A DNA stretch of 64,000 bases, taken from positions 28,458,001 through 28,522,000 of the forward strand of contig NC_083288.1 in the NCBI RefSeq assembly GCF_963506605.1, written 5' to 3'. The translations under genes were made by a program, and so were the position numbers. Under the pieces are notes generated by a model. That model was not told the origin of the DNA and did no database searches. It saw nothing but the letters and a program-made list of their open reading frames with translations. Below, piece after piece: positions 50,762 through 63,213 of this stretch. Position 1 is the first letter of the stretch; each line of letters opens with the position of its first letter. Origin of the DNA: Zootoca vivipara. Taxonomy: Eukaryota.

Positions 50762-50833
50762 TAATAATAATAAAATTAATAATAATAATATCTTTATTAC
50801 GGTCATAGACCAGCAAAAAAGAAAAAGAAAACC
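50762..50833 (-). mobile_element. Severely truncated LINE 3' end (same tail type as the 14592 element)
   Basis: tttattacggtc..agaccagc shared with 14605; 14-bp TSD gccaccaaccataa. Confidence 0.6.
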
Positions 50834-51243
50834 GGCCACCAACCATAAATTTTATATATAAAATTTAAACTGATATGAAATCCTTTATGTATATGGTAAA
50901 ATACGCTAAGGGACATAATACTTTTCATTACTAAGGTGGGTTTTTTTTTACCTATTGTGAGTGTTCTCAAATTTGGTGGTTGATGTTTAATTTTCAAAAT
51001 TCCACGGTTCTTCTTTTATGCTCTTTGAAGGCATGAAACGTGCAGGAACATTTTGAGCATACAATTCTTTTGTTAAGATATTTTATTTTCATTTTACTTT
51101 GAATTTGTTTTCTTCTAAGGGTAGCAGTTTCACTGGAGTCTTGAACAGATACAGATGACAAATGAAGAATACAAATGGGTTTTTTTATTGCTTTTGTTAT
51201 TATTATTATTATTTTAAGAAAATACCTGTAACTTACATTACAG

Positions 51244-51535
51244 TTCAATACCTAAGAACTACCAGCACATCTTGGCCTTAGCCTTTGCTGTAAAGGAGAT
51301 AAATGAGAACCCCGACATCTTACCAAACATTTCTCTGGGATTCCATGTTCTCAATAGTTACTACAGTGCTAGGATGACCTATAAGGCCACCATGAGTCTG
51401 CTTTCTAAACAGGAAAGATTTTCTCCTAACTTCAAGTGTCAAAATCAAAACAAACTGATAGCTGTTGTTGGAGGAGGCATCTCTGGAATCTCTGCCAATG
51501 TGGCCACCATTTCAGCAATTTACAAGACTCCACAG
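51244..51535 (+). CDS. V2R exon 2 (292 nt)
   Basis: KNYQHILALAFAVKEINENPDILPNISLGF...YKTPQ; cag| and |gtaac. Confidence 0.92.
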
Positions 51536-52000
51536 GTAACCTGTGTACATAGGGGTATGAGCATTAGAGATATGTGAGCTTTGTGATGTGGCTGTAAACA
51601 GATAAATTCAAGTATAGGCTGAATTAAAAGAACCAAGGAATTGGATCCAATGCTAACCATATTTAGTGTGGACCTACTGAAATTATTCAGCATGACTAAG
51701 TTAGGTTTCACTGGATGTAGGTTTAACTGCATACAACCCAATGTTTCCAAGTCTCCAAAAATTTCAATTCCACTTCCTTTCACACTAGTAAGACCTCATG
51801 TTGACTACTGTGACCAATTCCAGTAGCCACACTTAAATAAGAATGCCTTAATTTCAGAAGAGATTAAGAGGAAGTGAGTAAATAATGACAGTATTTTGGA
51901 AAATACATGATATAGGAAAGGGTGAAGGAAATGTGTCTCTTGAAAATGAGTTCGAGGTGCAACATTACAGCAATCTTCAAAAATTTAAACAACTCTCAAA

Positions 52001-53962
52001 TTGTTGTTGTTTAGTCGTTTAGTCGTGTCCGACTCTTCGTGACCCCATGGACCATAGCACGCCAGGCACTCCTGTCTTCCACTGCCTCCCACAGTTTGGT
52101 CAAACTCATGTTCGTAGCTTCGAGAACACTGTCCAACCATCTCGTCCTCTGTCTTCCCCTTCTCCTAGTGCCCTCCATCTTTCCCAACATCAAGGTCTTT
52201 TCCAAGGATTCTTCTCTTCTCATGAGGTGGCCAAAGTATTGGAGCCTCAGCTTCACGATCTGTCCTTCCAGTGAGCACTCAGGGCTGATTTCCTTAAGAA
52301 TGGATAGGTTTGATCTTCTTGCAGTCCATGGGACTCTCAAGAGTCTCCTCCAGCACCATAATTCAAAAGCATCAATTCTTCGGCGATCAGCCTTCTTTAT
52401 GGTCCAGCTCTCACTTCCATACATCACTACTGGGAAAACCATAGCTTTAACTATACAGACCTTTGTAGGCAAGGTGATGTCGCTGTTTTTTAAGATGCTG
52501 TCTAGGTTTGTCATTGCTTTTCTCCCAAGAAGCAGGCGTCTTTTAATTTCGGGACTGCTGTCACCATCTGCAGTGATCAAGGAGCCCAAGAAAGTAAAAT
52601 CTCTCACTGCCTCCATTTCTTCCCCTTCTATTTGCCAGGAGGTGATGGGACCAGTGGCCATGATCTTGGTTTTTTTGATGTTGAGCTTCAGACCATATTT
52701 TGCGCTCTCCTCTTTCACCCTCATTAAAAGGTTCTTTAATTCCTCCTCACTTTCTGCCATCAAGGTTGTGTCATCTGCATATCTGAGGTTGTTGATATTT
52801 CTTCCGGCAATCTTAATTCCGGTTTGGGATTCATCTAGTCCAGCCTTTCGCATGATGAATTCTGCATATAAGTTAAATAAGCAGGGAGACAATATACAAC
52901 CTTGTCGTACTCCTTTCCCAATTTTGAACCAATCAGTTGTTCCATATCCAGTTCGAACTGTAGCTTCTTGTCCCACATAGAGATTTCTCAGGAGACAGAT
53001 GAGGTTATCAGGCACTCCCATTTCTTTAAGAACTTGCCATAGTTTGCTGTGGTCGACACAGTCAAAGGCTTTTGCATAGTCAATGAAGCAGAAGTAGACG
53101 TTTTTCTGGAACTCTCTAGCTTTCTCCATAATCCAGCGCATGTTTGCTATTTGGTCTCTGGTTCCTCTGCCCCTTCGAAATCCAGCTTGCACTTCTGGGA
53201 GTTCTCGGTCCACATACTGCCTAAGCCTGCCTTGTAGAATTTTAAGCATAATGTCACAGTGGCGCTGGTGGCTACTCTAGAGTAACGACTCCTCACAGCT
53301 CTGCATTTTATCCTTTTATTTAGTGCAGTCTATTTACAGTGCTGAAACAGTGCTATGTACATGTCAGTCGGGTGCAGAGCCTCCGAATGGAGATTCCCGC
53401 GTTTTCCTCCAGCAAAGTAGCCTGGGGATACTAAATCTCCGCCCACGACGTTTCCTGCGCAATTCCGGGGTCGCTGGGATCGGTCTTCTTCCCACGGTTT
53501 CCCTGCTTCCCCCTTCCGTTCCCAAGCGGCGCCTTGGCTCGGCTACCTTGCCCGAGCCCTGGCTCCTACTTACTGATTCCTCGCTAGAAACATCCCCCTC
53601 CCCGCTCCCACTTCCGCTTGGCGAAGAGCTTGTGGTTAAGATGGGAGGTGGCTGTCTATAGCTTCTGTCCCTCACACATAACCTTGCTAGCGTGTGAAAT
53701 GAGCGCAATTGTGCGGTCTTTGGAATTGGGATGTAGACTGATCTTCTCCAATCCTCTGGTCATTGCTGAGTTTTCCAAACTTGCTGGCATATTGGGTGTA
53801 GCACCTTAACAGCATCATCTTTTAAAATTTTAAATAGTTCAGCTGGAATATCATCACTTCAACTGGCCTTATTATTAGCAATGCTTTCTAAGGCCCATTT
53901 GACTCCACTCTCCAAGATGTCTGGCTCAAGGTCAGCCACCACACTACCTGAGGTGTACGAGG
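52001..53962 (-). mobile_element. BovB (RTE clade) LINE, 5'-truncated, interrupted by a solo LTR
   Basis: ORF 52011-53249 is reverse transcriptase (FIDYAKAFD, GVRQGCILSP, YADD, HGVTKSRTRLND); (CAA)n tail; ORF continues upstream at 53682-53960. Confidence 0.96.
53252..53676 (-). mobile_element. Young solo LTR (425 bp) nested in BovB
   Basis: TGT...ACA ends, 5-bp TSD cataa; removing it restores the BovB frame; CpG-rich. Confidence 0.9.
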
Positions 53963-54127
53963 TCAAAGATCCAATGATAGGACAAATGAAACAGCCATTT
54001 ATGGCAGAAAGTGTGATTTTGGTTTTCAAAAGATATTGAACTAGAAGGCCTACAGGACCAACTGCAAAATATTGATTTTCTATCCTCTTGCAATCTGTCT
54101 CAGAAATATTCATACATATTATTACAG

Positions 54128-54985
54128 CTCACCTATGGATCATTTCTACCAGTACAAAGGACAAAAATGCTATTCCCATTCTTGTACCAGATGGTCCCCA
54201 ATGAAGCCCAGCAGCACAAAGGAATTGTGCAGTTACTCCAGCATTTCAGATGGACCTGGGTTGGGCTTTTTGCCGTGGATGATGACAAAGGGAATATGTT
54301 TTTACAGACAATAGTGCCAATGCTTATCCAGAATGGCATCTGCTATGACTTCATAGTAAACATACCAAAATGGAGTTATATGGATGAGATGGTAGACGGG
54401 TTTTTTAAGCACTTGGATGCCTATCTCATTATGTTTGAAAGAAAAGCCAATGTATTCTTTGTATTCGGGGAACCTCCATCCTTTCAAGTTCTAAGAGTGA
54501 TGTTGTTTCTAGCACCCTTGGCGGACTTGCCCCCTCTTGGTAAAGTGTGGGTTATTACATCCCACTGGGATTTTGCATCACACTCTATTCAAAAGATTTG
54601 GGATCTACAAACCTTCCATGGATCCATATCTTTCACAGTTCACTCAAATCAGCCATTGGGATTCCAAAATTTCCTTCAGATGCTAAGACCTTCATGGTCC
54701 CAAGGAGATGGTTTTATCCAGGACTTTTGGGAACAGGCATTCAGCTGTTCATTAGAAATGTCTAATTGGCAACATCAGGAAAGGAAATTCTGCTCAGGAG
54801 GAGAGAAGCTGGAGAGTCTTCCTGGGACCTTATTTGAAATGGAAATGACTGGCCACAGCTACAATGTCTACAATTCTGTCTATGCTGTGGCTCATGCTTT
54901 GCAAGCCATTTACAAATCCAGTTCCAATGGTAGAAGGTTAGGAGAACGACAGGAACTGTTTTTTCAGAATGTGCAACCATGGCAG
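54128..54985 (+). CDS. V2R exon 3 (858 nt)
   Basis: LTYGSF...YQMVPNE...FRWTWVGL...GHSYNVYNSVYAVAHAL...QPWQ|gtaatt. Confidence 0.93.
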
Positions 54986-55343
54986 GTAATTACAAGAACA
55001 TTTTATAAATACTATGTTTTCCTCAGGAAGCGCAATGAATTTTAAGTGTGCATGATATAAGTCATGTCTGTGGTGGTTTTGATTTCATTTCTGGTCCCCC
55101 CCCTTTTGACAATCCATATTGATAAGTAGTAGTGATCCCATGATAAAATATTGTTATTTTAATTCATAGTCACCCACCAACATGGTGCATATGGAAAGTA
55201 ATGATTGTTATGATTATCAAATAATCATTTAAGGTTTACAATTCAATAATAAGACATGACTGGCCAATGGATGAAGTCATCACATACACTGTTGAAGAAT
55301 TTTGAAACAGTTTCCACTTTGTTGATACTTTCTTTCTATCTAG

Positions 55344-55571
55344 GTCCATCATTTTCTAAGGACTATGTCATTCAACAATAGTGCTGGGGATTCAGTGCGT
55401 TTTGATGATAATGGAGAATTAGTTACAGGTTTTGATGAAACAAACTGGGTTATTTCCCCGAATGGTTCGTTGTTTAGGGTCGAAGTTGGAAGACTGGACC
55501 CTCAGGCACCTTTGGGAAAACAGTTAAGCATAAATGATGATCAAATTGTGTGGCATAAAGTTTTTAATCAG
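55344..55571 (+). CDS. V2R exon 4 (228 nt)
   Basis: VHHFLRTMSFNNSAGD...IVWHKVFNQ|gtgaga. Confidence 0.92.
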
Positions 55572-55599
55572 GTGAGACATAGCTCTGCGGCAATTGATG

Positions 55600-56527
55600 C
55601 TCATTCAAACAAGATGAGTTTTAACAAAGAGAAATGTAAAGTACTACACTCGGGCAAAAAAATGAAAGGCACAAATACAGGATGGGAGACACCTGGCTTG
55701 AGAGCAGTATATGTGAAAAGGATCTAGGAGTCCTGGTAGACCACAAACTTGACATGAGTCAACAGTGTGATGCAGCAGCTTAAAAAGCCAATGCAATTCT
55801 GGGCTGCATCAATAGGAGTATAGCGTCTAGATCAAGGGAAGTAATAGTTCCACTGTATTCTGCTCTGGTCAGACCTCACCTGGAGTACTGTGTCCAGTTC
55901 TGGGCACCACAGCTCAAGAAGGATACTGGCAAGCTGGAACATGTCCAGAGGAGGGCAACCAAAATGGTCAAAGGCCTGGAAACGATGCCTTATGAGGAAC
56001 AGCTTACGGAGCTGGGTATGTTTAGCCTGGAGAAGAGAAGGTTAAGGGGTGATATGATAGCCATGTTCCAATATATAAAAGCAGGGCTGGCTCTAGGTAT
56101 AGTCCCGGTGGTGCGGGGTGCCAGGGCCCTGGGCCGGCAGGCAGGTCACTGCACGGAGCGATCTCCGTGCCTCAGCGCCAGGGCGCCCGACCTGCTCGAG
56201 ACTGCCCTGTATAAAAGGATGTCATCTAGAGGAAGGTGAAAGATTGTTTTCTGATGCTCCAGAGAAGTGGACACGAAGCAATGGATTCAAACTACAAGAA
56301 AGAACATTCCACCTAAACATTAGGAAAAACTTCCTGACAGTAAGAGCTGTTCGACAGTGGAATTTGCTGCCAAGAAGTGTGGTGGAGTCTCCTTCTTTGG
56401 AGGTCTTTAAGCAGAGGCTTGACAACCATATGTCAAGAATGCTTTGATGGTGTTTCCTGCTTGGCAGGGGGTTGGACTGGATGGCCCTTGTGGTCTCTTC
56501 CAACTCTATTATTCTATGATTCTATGA
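55600..56527 (+). mobile_element. CR1 LINE 3' portion
   Basis: [13 protein letters not shown]..., [17 protein letters not shown], (ATTCTATG)n tail; same family as 42624. Confidence 0.92.
56082..56209. mobile_element. 128-bp hAT MITE nested in CR1
   Basis: cagggc...gccctg TIRs; 8-bp TSD tataaaag. Confidence 0.88.
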
Positions 56528-57075
56528 CTCAAAATTTTCAAAAGCTTTGAAGGCATTTAACTACATTCCAACTTTAATTTTTGTGAAAGCCCATGGGATG
56601 TTTTATTATTTCAGTAATCTTTTTTTAAAAAACAGTATTATATTCTAGTTTTAATGAATTCCTATTATATGCTTTATTTTACATCTCCTCCAATAAATAA
56701 ATTGTTTATTTCATGAATAGATTTCAGGATAAGGGGCTACATATTATCTGTAATAGACCCTTTTCATTTTAATAGATATTTAAATATTTAAGGGAGGTAT
56801 ATTCACCTATTTCAAAACTATAGGTTTCTATATACACTACCAAACATACATCTCTCTGTAGTTGCAGTGAGGAGGCAATATAAAAGTTCAAGGACACATT
56901 CTAGTCAATGAAAACAAAAGCAAAAAAGAGGTACATAAAATGAAACATACAAAGTTCTCTCCACAGGTAAATCTTAACTAGACAACTAGAAAACAGTGAG
57001 TTTTCATTTCTTTTCCCAATCTACTTTTGTGTGTGATCTCTTATGCTCTCATTACTAATCTCTCTATAATGTTTC

Positions 57076-58350
57076 CCCCCCCCAAAAAATATTCATTTTA
57101 TATAAACTTACAAAAACAAAAATTACACAATACAGCAAACTAACAACAAGATAACAAACAATACAGATAAATTATTATCTATTCATCTTTTTCTCAAACC
57201 ATTATTGTGTACTTCCCCAACCCCACATCTGATTTTCATTTCGACTCATCTTTAGCAGTTTCATGAATCATATTCTTAATCATTTTTACGACTTAACCAT
57301 TACTATAAATTTCTCACATTATTACACTTACTAATGTCCCTCTTACATTCTAAACTATCATCTACTTCTAATCCTACAGCCTAAAATTAAATTCCAAGAA
57401 TATCCAAAATCTTAAATGTTGCAGTATCTTTCTAAATAAGCTTTAAAAACCTTCCAATCTTCTTCCACTGTCTCTTCCTTCTGGTCCCAGTGTCTCCCAG
57501 TCAGTTCAGCAAGTTCCATATAGTCCATCATCTTCATTTGCCATTCTTCAATAGTTGGTAATTCTTGTTTCTTCCAATACTTTGCTATTAAAATTCTTGC
57601 TGCTGTTGTGGCATACAAAAAGAAACTAACATCCTTTTGTGGAATTTCTCCCCCACTATTCCAAGTAAGAAAGCTTCTGGTTTCTTAATAAATGTGTTTT
57701 TCAACACTTTTTTTCAATTCATTATAAATCTTTTCCCAGAAGTCTTTTACTTTAGGGCACATCCACCACATGTGATAAAAGGTTCCTTCCACCTCTTTAC
57801 ATTTCTAGCACTTATTGTCATGTGTATGATAAATCTTAGCTATCTTAACCAGTGTTAAATACCATCTGTACATCATTTCCATCATATTTTCTCTCAATAC
57901 ATTGCATACAAGACATTACATTACATGCTCAATACATTACATTACATTACATCCCCTTTTCCACATCCTGTCCCAATCTTCCATCATGATATTGTGCCCC
58001 ACATCTTTAGTCCACTCAATCATTACTGACTTCACTTGTTTGTCTTTTGTATGCCATTCAAGCAATAAATTGTACATTTTAGAAAGATTTTTCATTTTTG
58101 CATCTAACAATTCTGTTTCCAACTTGTACTTCTTTATCTGAAAACTAATTTTCTTATTCATTTTAAACACTTCATTTATCTGGACGTATTGGAACCTATC
58201 ATCCAATTTATCTTTAAGTTGATCATAAGGTTTTAACTTAAATTGGTCCTCTACTTCCATCAAAATGTCATTATACTTAACCACTTGTCTTCCATAGTAA
58301 ACCTTTTTTGTTTCTTAGCCTCCTAAGGAGAAAACCACCTGGGTGTTTTT
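57076..58350 (-). mobile_element. 5'-truncated L1-clade LINE
   Basis: YATTAARILIAKYWK..PTIEEW ORF2 C-terminal motifs; 15-bp TSD tctctataatgtttc. Confidence 0.85.
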
Positions 58351-58372
58351 TCTCTATAATGTTTCTCTACAG

Positions 58373-58499
58373 GTGCTTCCCCTTTCTGTGTGCAATGACT
58401 ACTGCTATCCTGGGTACAGCAGGAAAAAGAAGGAAGGAGAGAAATTTTGTTGCTATGATTGTGCTCCATGTCCAGAAGGGATGATCTCTAAGTACAAAG
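58373..58499 (+). CDS. V2R exon 5 (127 nt, cysteine-rich domain)
   Basis: VLPLSVCNDYCYPGY...FCCYDCAPCPEGMIS; phase-1 donor. Confidence 0.92.
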
Positions 58500-59133
58500 G
58501 TGGGAGTTACAATATTAAGTATGCAGTCTTGAATGCATATGGAGGTATCTTGCAATGCAAAGTTTTGAACAAAAAATAAAAAGCCTACTGGTAATAATTA
58601 ATTTTTAGGAGTTTCAAAGCATGTGGGACTGAGTAAATTGTGTTCATCACTATCTCTCAGTCTAAGCAACCTCACAGGGTTGGTGTGAAGCTCCCTAGCT
58701 AGGTACTTCCACTGTCACTGACAGTCATTCCTAGAACGTTCCATTCCCAATATCCAAAAGAACCTTTTCCTAGTAGACCTTCTGGCATTTCAAAAATATA
58801 CCGTGCTTTTAATATTGCTTCATTTAATTGGTTTTTATAATCTTTCTGCATATCCAATATCAGATGTGAGCACTCATTGTGGAACATTTGTTCCTCAGCA
58901 GCACTGAAAAGCCTGCACTCACGGAAACCCAGTTTTGGAGTTTATTTTACATACCCTGATGATAATATCACCTACATATTGAGGAGCATTTCACCATTAT
59001 GTTTTCTCCGCTTTGATAATCTTGCAATGCAGCTTCTAAGATTCTTAAGGACCGCAAAAAAGTTAAGAACCAATGCTTTAGCTGTATAATGCTCAATGTC
59101 TGAAATATTTAACCAACTCTTCCATTATTCCAG

Positions 59134-60030
59134 ATATGGCTGCCTGTGTGAAATGTCCAGAAGATGAGTACCCCAACCATGGCCAAACCCAATGCATTCC
59201 CAAGGTCCCAAGCTACCTCTCTTATGAAGAAGATTTAGGACTCATCTTAGTTATCTTGAGCATTATCTTCTCACTGACCACAACATTAGTACTTGGGACT
59301 TTTCTGAAGCACAATAACACTCCCATAGTCAAAGCCAACAATAGAACTCTCACCTACATCCTTCTCCACTCCCTCCTGCTCCTTTCTCTTCATTGGACAG
59401 CCTGGGAAGGTCACCTGCCTTCTCCGACAAATCACTTTTAGCATCATCTTTTCTGTGGCCCTTTCCAGTGTTTTGGCAAAAACCATTACTGTGCTGCTGG
59501 GATTCATGGCAACCAAACCGGGATCCAGGATGAGGAAATGGATAGGGAAAAGGCTCGCAAATTCTATTGTCCTTTTCTGCTCATTTATTCAGGCTTCCCT
59601 TGGTATGCTTTGGTTAAGTACATCCCCTCCATTCCCAGATACGGATATGCACTCACTGCATGGGGAAATCATACTTGAATGTAATGAGGGTTCAGTGGCC
59701 ATGTTTTATGGTGTCTTAGTCTATATGGGTTTGCTGGCCACTGTCAGCTTCATCTTGGCTTTCCTTGCCAGGAAGTTACCTGACAGTTTCAATGAGGCCA
59801 AATTTATCACTTTCAGCTTGCTGGTATTTTGTAGTGTTTGGTTGTCCTTTGTTCCCACCTATCTGAGCACCAAAGGAAAATATATGGTAGCTGTGGAGAT
59901 CTTTTCCATCTTGTCCTCTGGTGCTGGATTACTGGGTTGCATCTTTTCCCCTAAGTGCTACATTATCATACTCAGACCTGAGCTTAACACCAGGGAACAA
60001 CTAATCGGCAAAAATAGTAAAAGAACATGA
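59134..60030 (+). CDS. V2R exon 6 (7TM domain), frameshifted near 59380
   Basis: TPIVKANNR in one frame; [14 protein letters not shown]...[18 protein letters not shown]...[13 protein letters not shown] in another. Confidence 0.88.
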
Positions 60031-60838
60031 GTGCATATGTTTCTTTCTGCTTGTGTATGTAGTTCATTGGAAATGCTGGTGGCAGGGATGTCATAAGAAT
60101 TCGATTATGGGTACTTTCTTAAGCAAATGTCTTTCCTTAAATTCTTGTGTGCAGAGTTTGGCCAGAAACATTCCATTTCAATTTGGTTCTCACTTTAGTT
60201 TGCTAACATCCCATGCATTAGAATGCAGAATTTCCTATTTAACTGTTCAGTGTAATCCCAACTCAAATGAGGACACTATTATTAACTCATACGTTTTCTC
60301 ATTCTGAGGGTCTCAAACATTTAAATGGCTTGGAACAATTTTCTTTGTATGTCTGTGTTTGGATACGCACACACCCACACACACACTCCCCATACATACA
60401 ATCAGTGGCTCAAAATCGTTTAAGTGGTTTTCCAGTACAAAACCAATTATAAAATATAGCCACATGCAATTAAAATACAAAGTAAATGAACTTCATCTGA
60501 ACACCAATGATTGAAATATACCAGAGTGATCAAAATAATTAAAATAACAATTTATACTGAAGTTAGTGGGGGAAGCCAAATATGTTAACTTTCAAAGATT
60601 CCTGAGTCATGTGTTTTCTTGCTTCTACATTTTCTTAGCCTAGCAGAAAGAACTTCAAATGAACTGGCAAGATTTTGCTTGCCTCTTTGAGAAAAACCAT
60701 CCTCCAAAAGTCATAAACATGAAAAATGAGTGCTAACATCCCCTGCATTTAAATCCTAGATTGAATGAGGATGCAGTTATCAACTCATATGATTCCTTCT
60801 CATGTGGGTTCCAAACATTTAAATTACTAGGAACAAAT

Positions 60839-60979
60839 NNNNNNNNNNNNNNNNNNNNNNNNNNNNNNNNNNNNNNNNNNNNNNNNNNNNNNNNNNNNNN
60901 NNNNNNNNNNNNNNNNNNNNNNNNNNNNNNNNNNNNNNNNNNNNNNNNNNNNNNNNNNNNNNNNNNNNNNNNNNNNNNN
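60839..60979. other. Assembly gap
   Basis: Run of N. Confidence 1.
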
Positions 60980-61452
60980 ATATGATTAGTGGCTCAAATG
61001 ACTTTCAAGTGATTCACAAGTTTTGTTTTTTGTTTTTTAAAAAAGCCATTAAAATGCTCTGGGAAGAGCTCTGGGAAACCAACAACCAAAAGCGATTTTT
61101 AAAAAAAAAAAAATTAATGATCTTTAAATGGAGCTTATATCTTTCGGTAAAATAACTCTCAATCACTTCAATTCACATCATTATTCAATGACAGTTCCTA
61201 TAATAGGAGCACTACTCAAAATCCTCTTTGGAGTTTCCAGAGCACAGTCCCATTTCTCCTTTAAGGACTGCCATAAGAGGTGGAACAGCTATCTTTGAGT
61301 AGAATTCTGGAGAATTTCTGAGGAGAGTTTGAAGAAATTCAGAGAGCAAAGAGAACCCAAAGACTGCAAAGGATGTGAAAATAATGAACCAGAGCAGGAC
61401 TGTATACCCACTGCAATTGTTTCCATTGGTTTCTTCCCTCTCCTTCCTGCCA

Positions 61453-63173
61453 TGTGAAGGGGAAGAGTAGCCATGGTGGGTGCAAGGAGTTGCTAGAGAG
61501 GAGGAACACACAAAAACCAAGCCTAGCAACCTGGAAATGCAGTGGCCGATTATGAGAACCAATCCTTTTTTTAGTTGGGAAATAAAAATGCAGCTGGGAG
61601 ATAAAATCACACTCAAGGTTGAGGAATGCTGTCCAGAGACAGGAGGAGTAGACAAGCCAGGAGAAGGCATAAGAGGATCTGACGGATATTGACCAAACAA
61701 AAAGAGAGAGAAAAGTGGGGGCAAAAGAGAGGGTAGGTAGTTGGAGTTATGCTGATGAGAGAGGAGAAGAGGGTTTCAGTGAAGTAACTGTAAGAGCACA
61801 TATAGAGAGATTTGATCTGTGAGGAGAGAACTCACAGGTCTGGGTTTTCACCTTCTCCCAGTGGCAAGGCAAGGGAACAACAATAAACACTGTTGTCATT
61901 CCAATGTTGAATATATGCTGGAGCCCAGAGTGACATTAACTGTACTCTAAAATTCCGGGGTTGGGTGGATGGTTACAGGGATGCTTTACACTTATCCAGT
62001 GCCAGTTTTGTATGCTTCCCCCAATCAGGGAATGCTAAGTAAGGTTGGGAGGGAGAAGGTATATGTCGAAAGGAGTCATCAGTATCTTGCTGGAACTCAG
62101 CTCTATTCCACTGTTACATCAGAGTCAGCAGTTGCCATTCACAACACAAAAATATATCGGGCTGCAGGGGTGGGCTGACTGAAGGCCAACTATCAGAAGT
62201 TAAATACTTGTAGGGCAGAGGCACAGTGGTTGGTCAGTTCCCAAGTTCAGAGATTGGGAGACACCTGTTCTGGGTAGGTTGTACTCCCTCTGAAGGAACA
62301 GGTACGAAGTCTGGGGGTGTTGTGGATCCATCTCTTTAATGGGAAGCCCAAGTGAGGACCTTAAACCTTCTTCATCTGGCAAACTGGATATGACTATCCA
62401 GTTGCCTAGATACTGTGATCTATGCATTGGCAACTTCAATATTAGATTCCTGTAATATAACTTCTGTGGATCTTCCCTGCCCATAGGGAGCAGAACAACT
62501 GACTCCTGCCTCTCTGACTAGAAGTCTGAAAGGGTAAACACCAAAACGAGTGAGCAATATTGATGAAGACTAACCGAAGCTCACCCCGGGGTTCCTGCGG
62601 TCCTGGCATGGCCCTAGCCCCTCAATCGGATTTTGGACGAAATCCAGGACCCCCAGATTCCTTTACCGAAATTCCCTGTTTCTGGAGGGGCAGGTGATGG
62701 CTACACCTCCCCTCCCCCATACCTCAATAAGCCAATGCCTAACCCCCAAACCTTACAAAGTTGTGACAATTGCTAAGGGGGTAGGCGAAAACCAAGAGGC
62801 TACAGCCAATCTGCCAAATGGAAAAATTCCTACCCAGCCCCTGTTCCAAAACAGGCGACCCAAACCAAAGCAAGGCCAAAGCAGCAACACCTAAAATTAG
62901 GGAGGGAGGGAGGGAGGGTGTTTGGCAGCACGAAGCAAGTGCCCCGGGAGTCTGCCGACCAACGTGTTTGGCCCAAACAGCCTGGCACGATCCCAGGGCC
63001 TGACAGTTAGCTTAACTCAGCAGGCGGGAGTGTCCTGGGGGTCAGAGCACAACCAGGACTCTCATTAAAGGGGATCCCATTTATGCCAAGTATGAATGAC
63101 CCATGGATGAAGTTGACCCTAGTACGGGTCAGATCTGGATCTACCAGCTGTACAAGACAAGCTACTTATTATC

Positions 63174-63213
<40 letters not shown>

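Larger units (their letters stand above)
49651..60030 (+). pseudogene. Vomeronasal type-2 receptor (V2R, class C GPCR), six exons, frameshifted in exon 6
   Basis: Exons 49651(or 49675)-49892, 51244-51535, 54128-54985, 55344-55571, 58373-58499, 59134-60030 with GT/AG and compatible phases; single frameshift near 59380. Confidence 0.88.

Noticed and set aside
52039-52980. 313-aa plus-strand ORF
   Set aside because: Antisense shadow of the BovB RT frame with no independent domain evidence.
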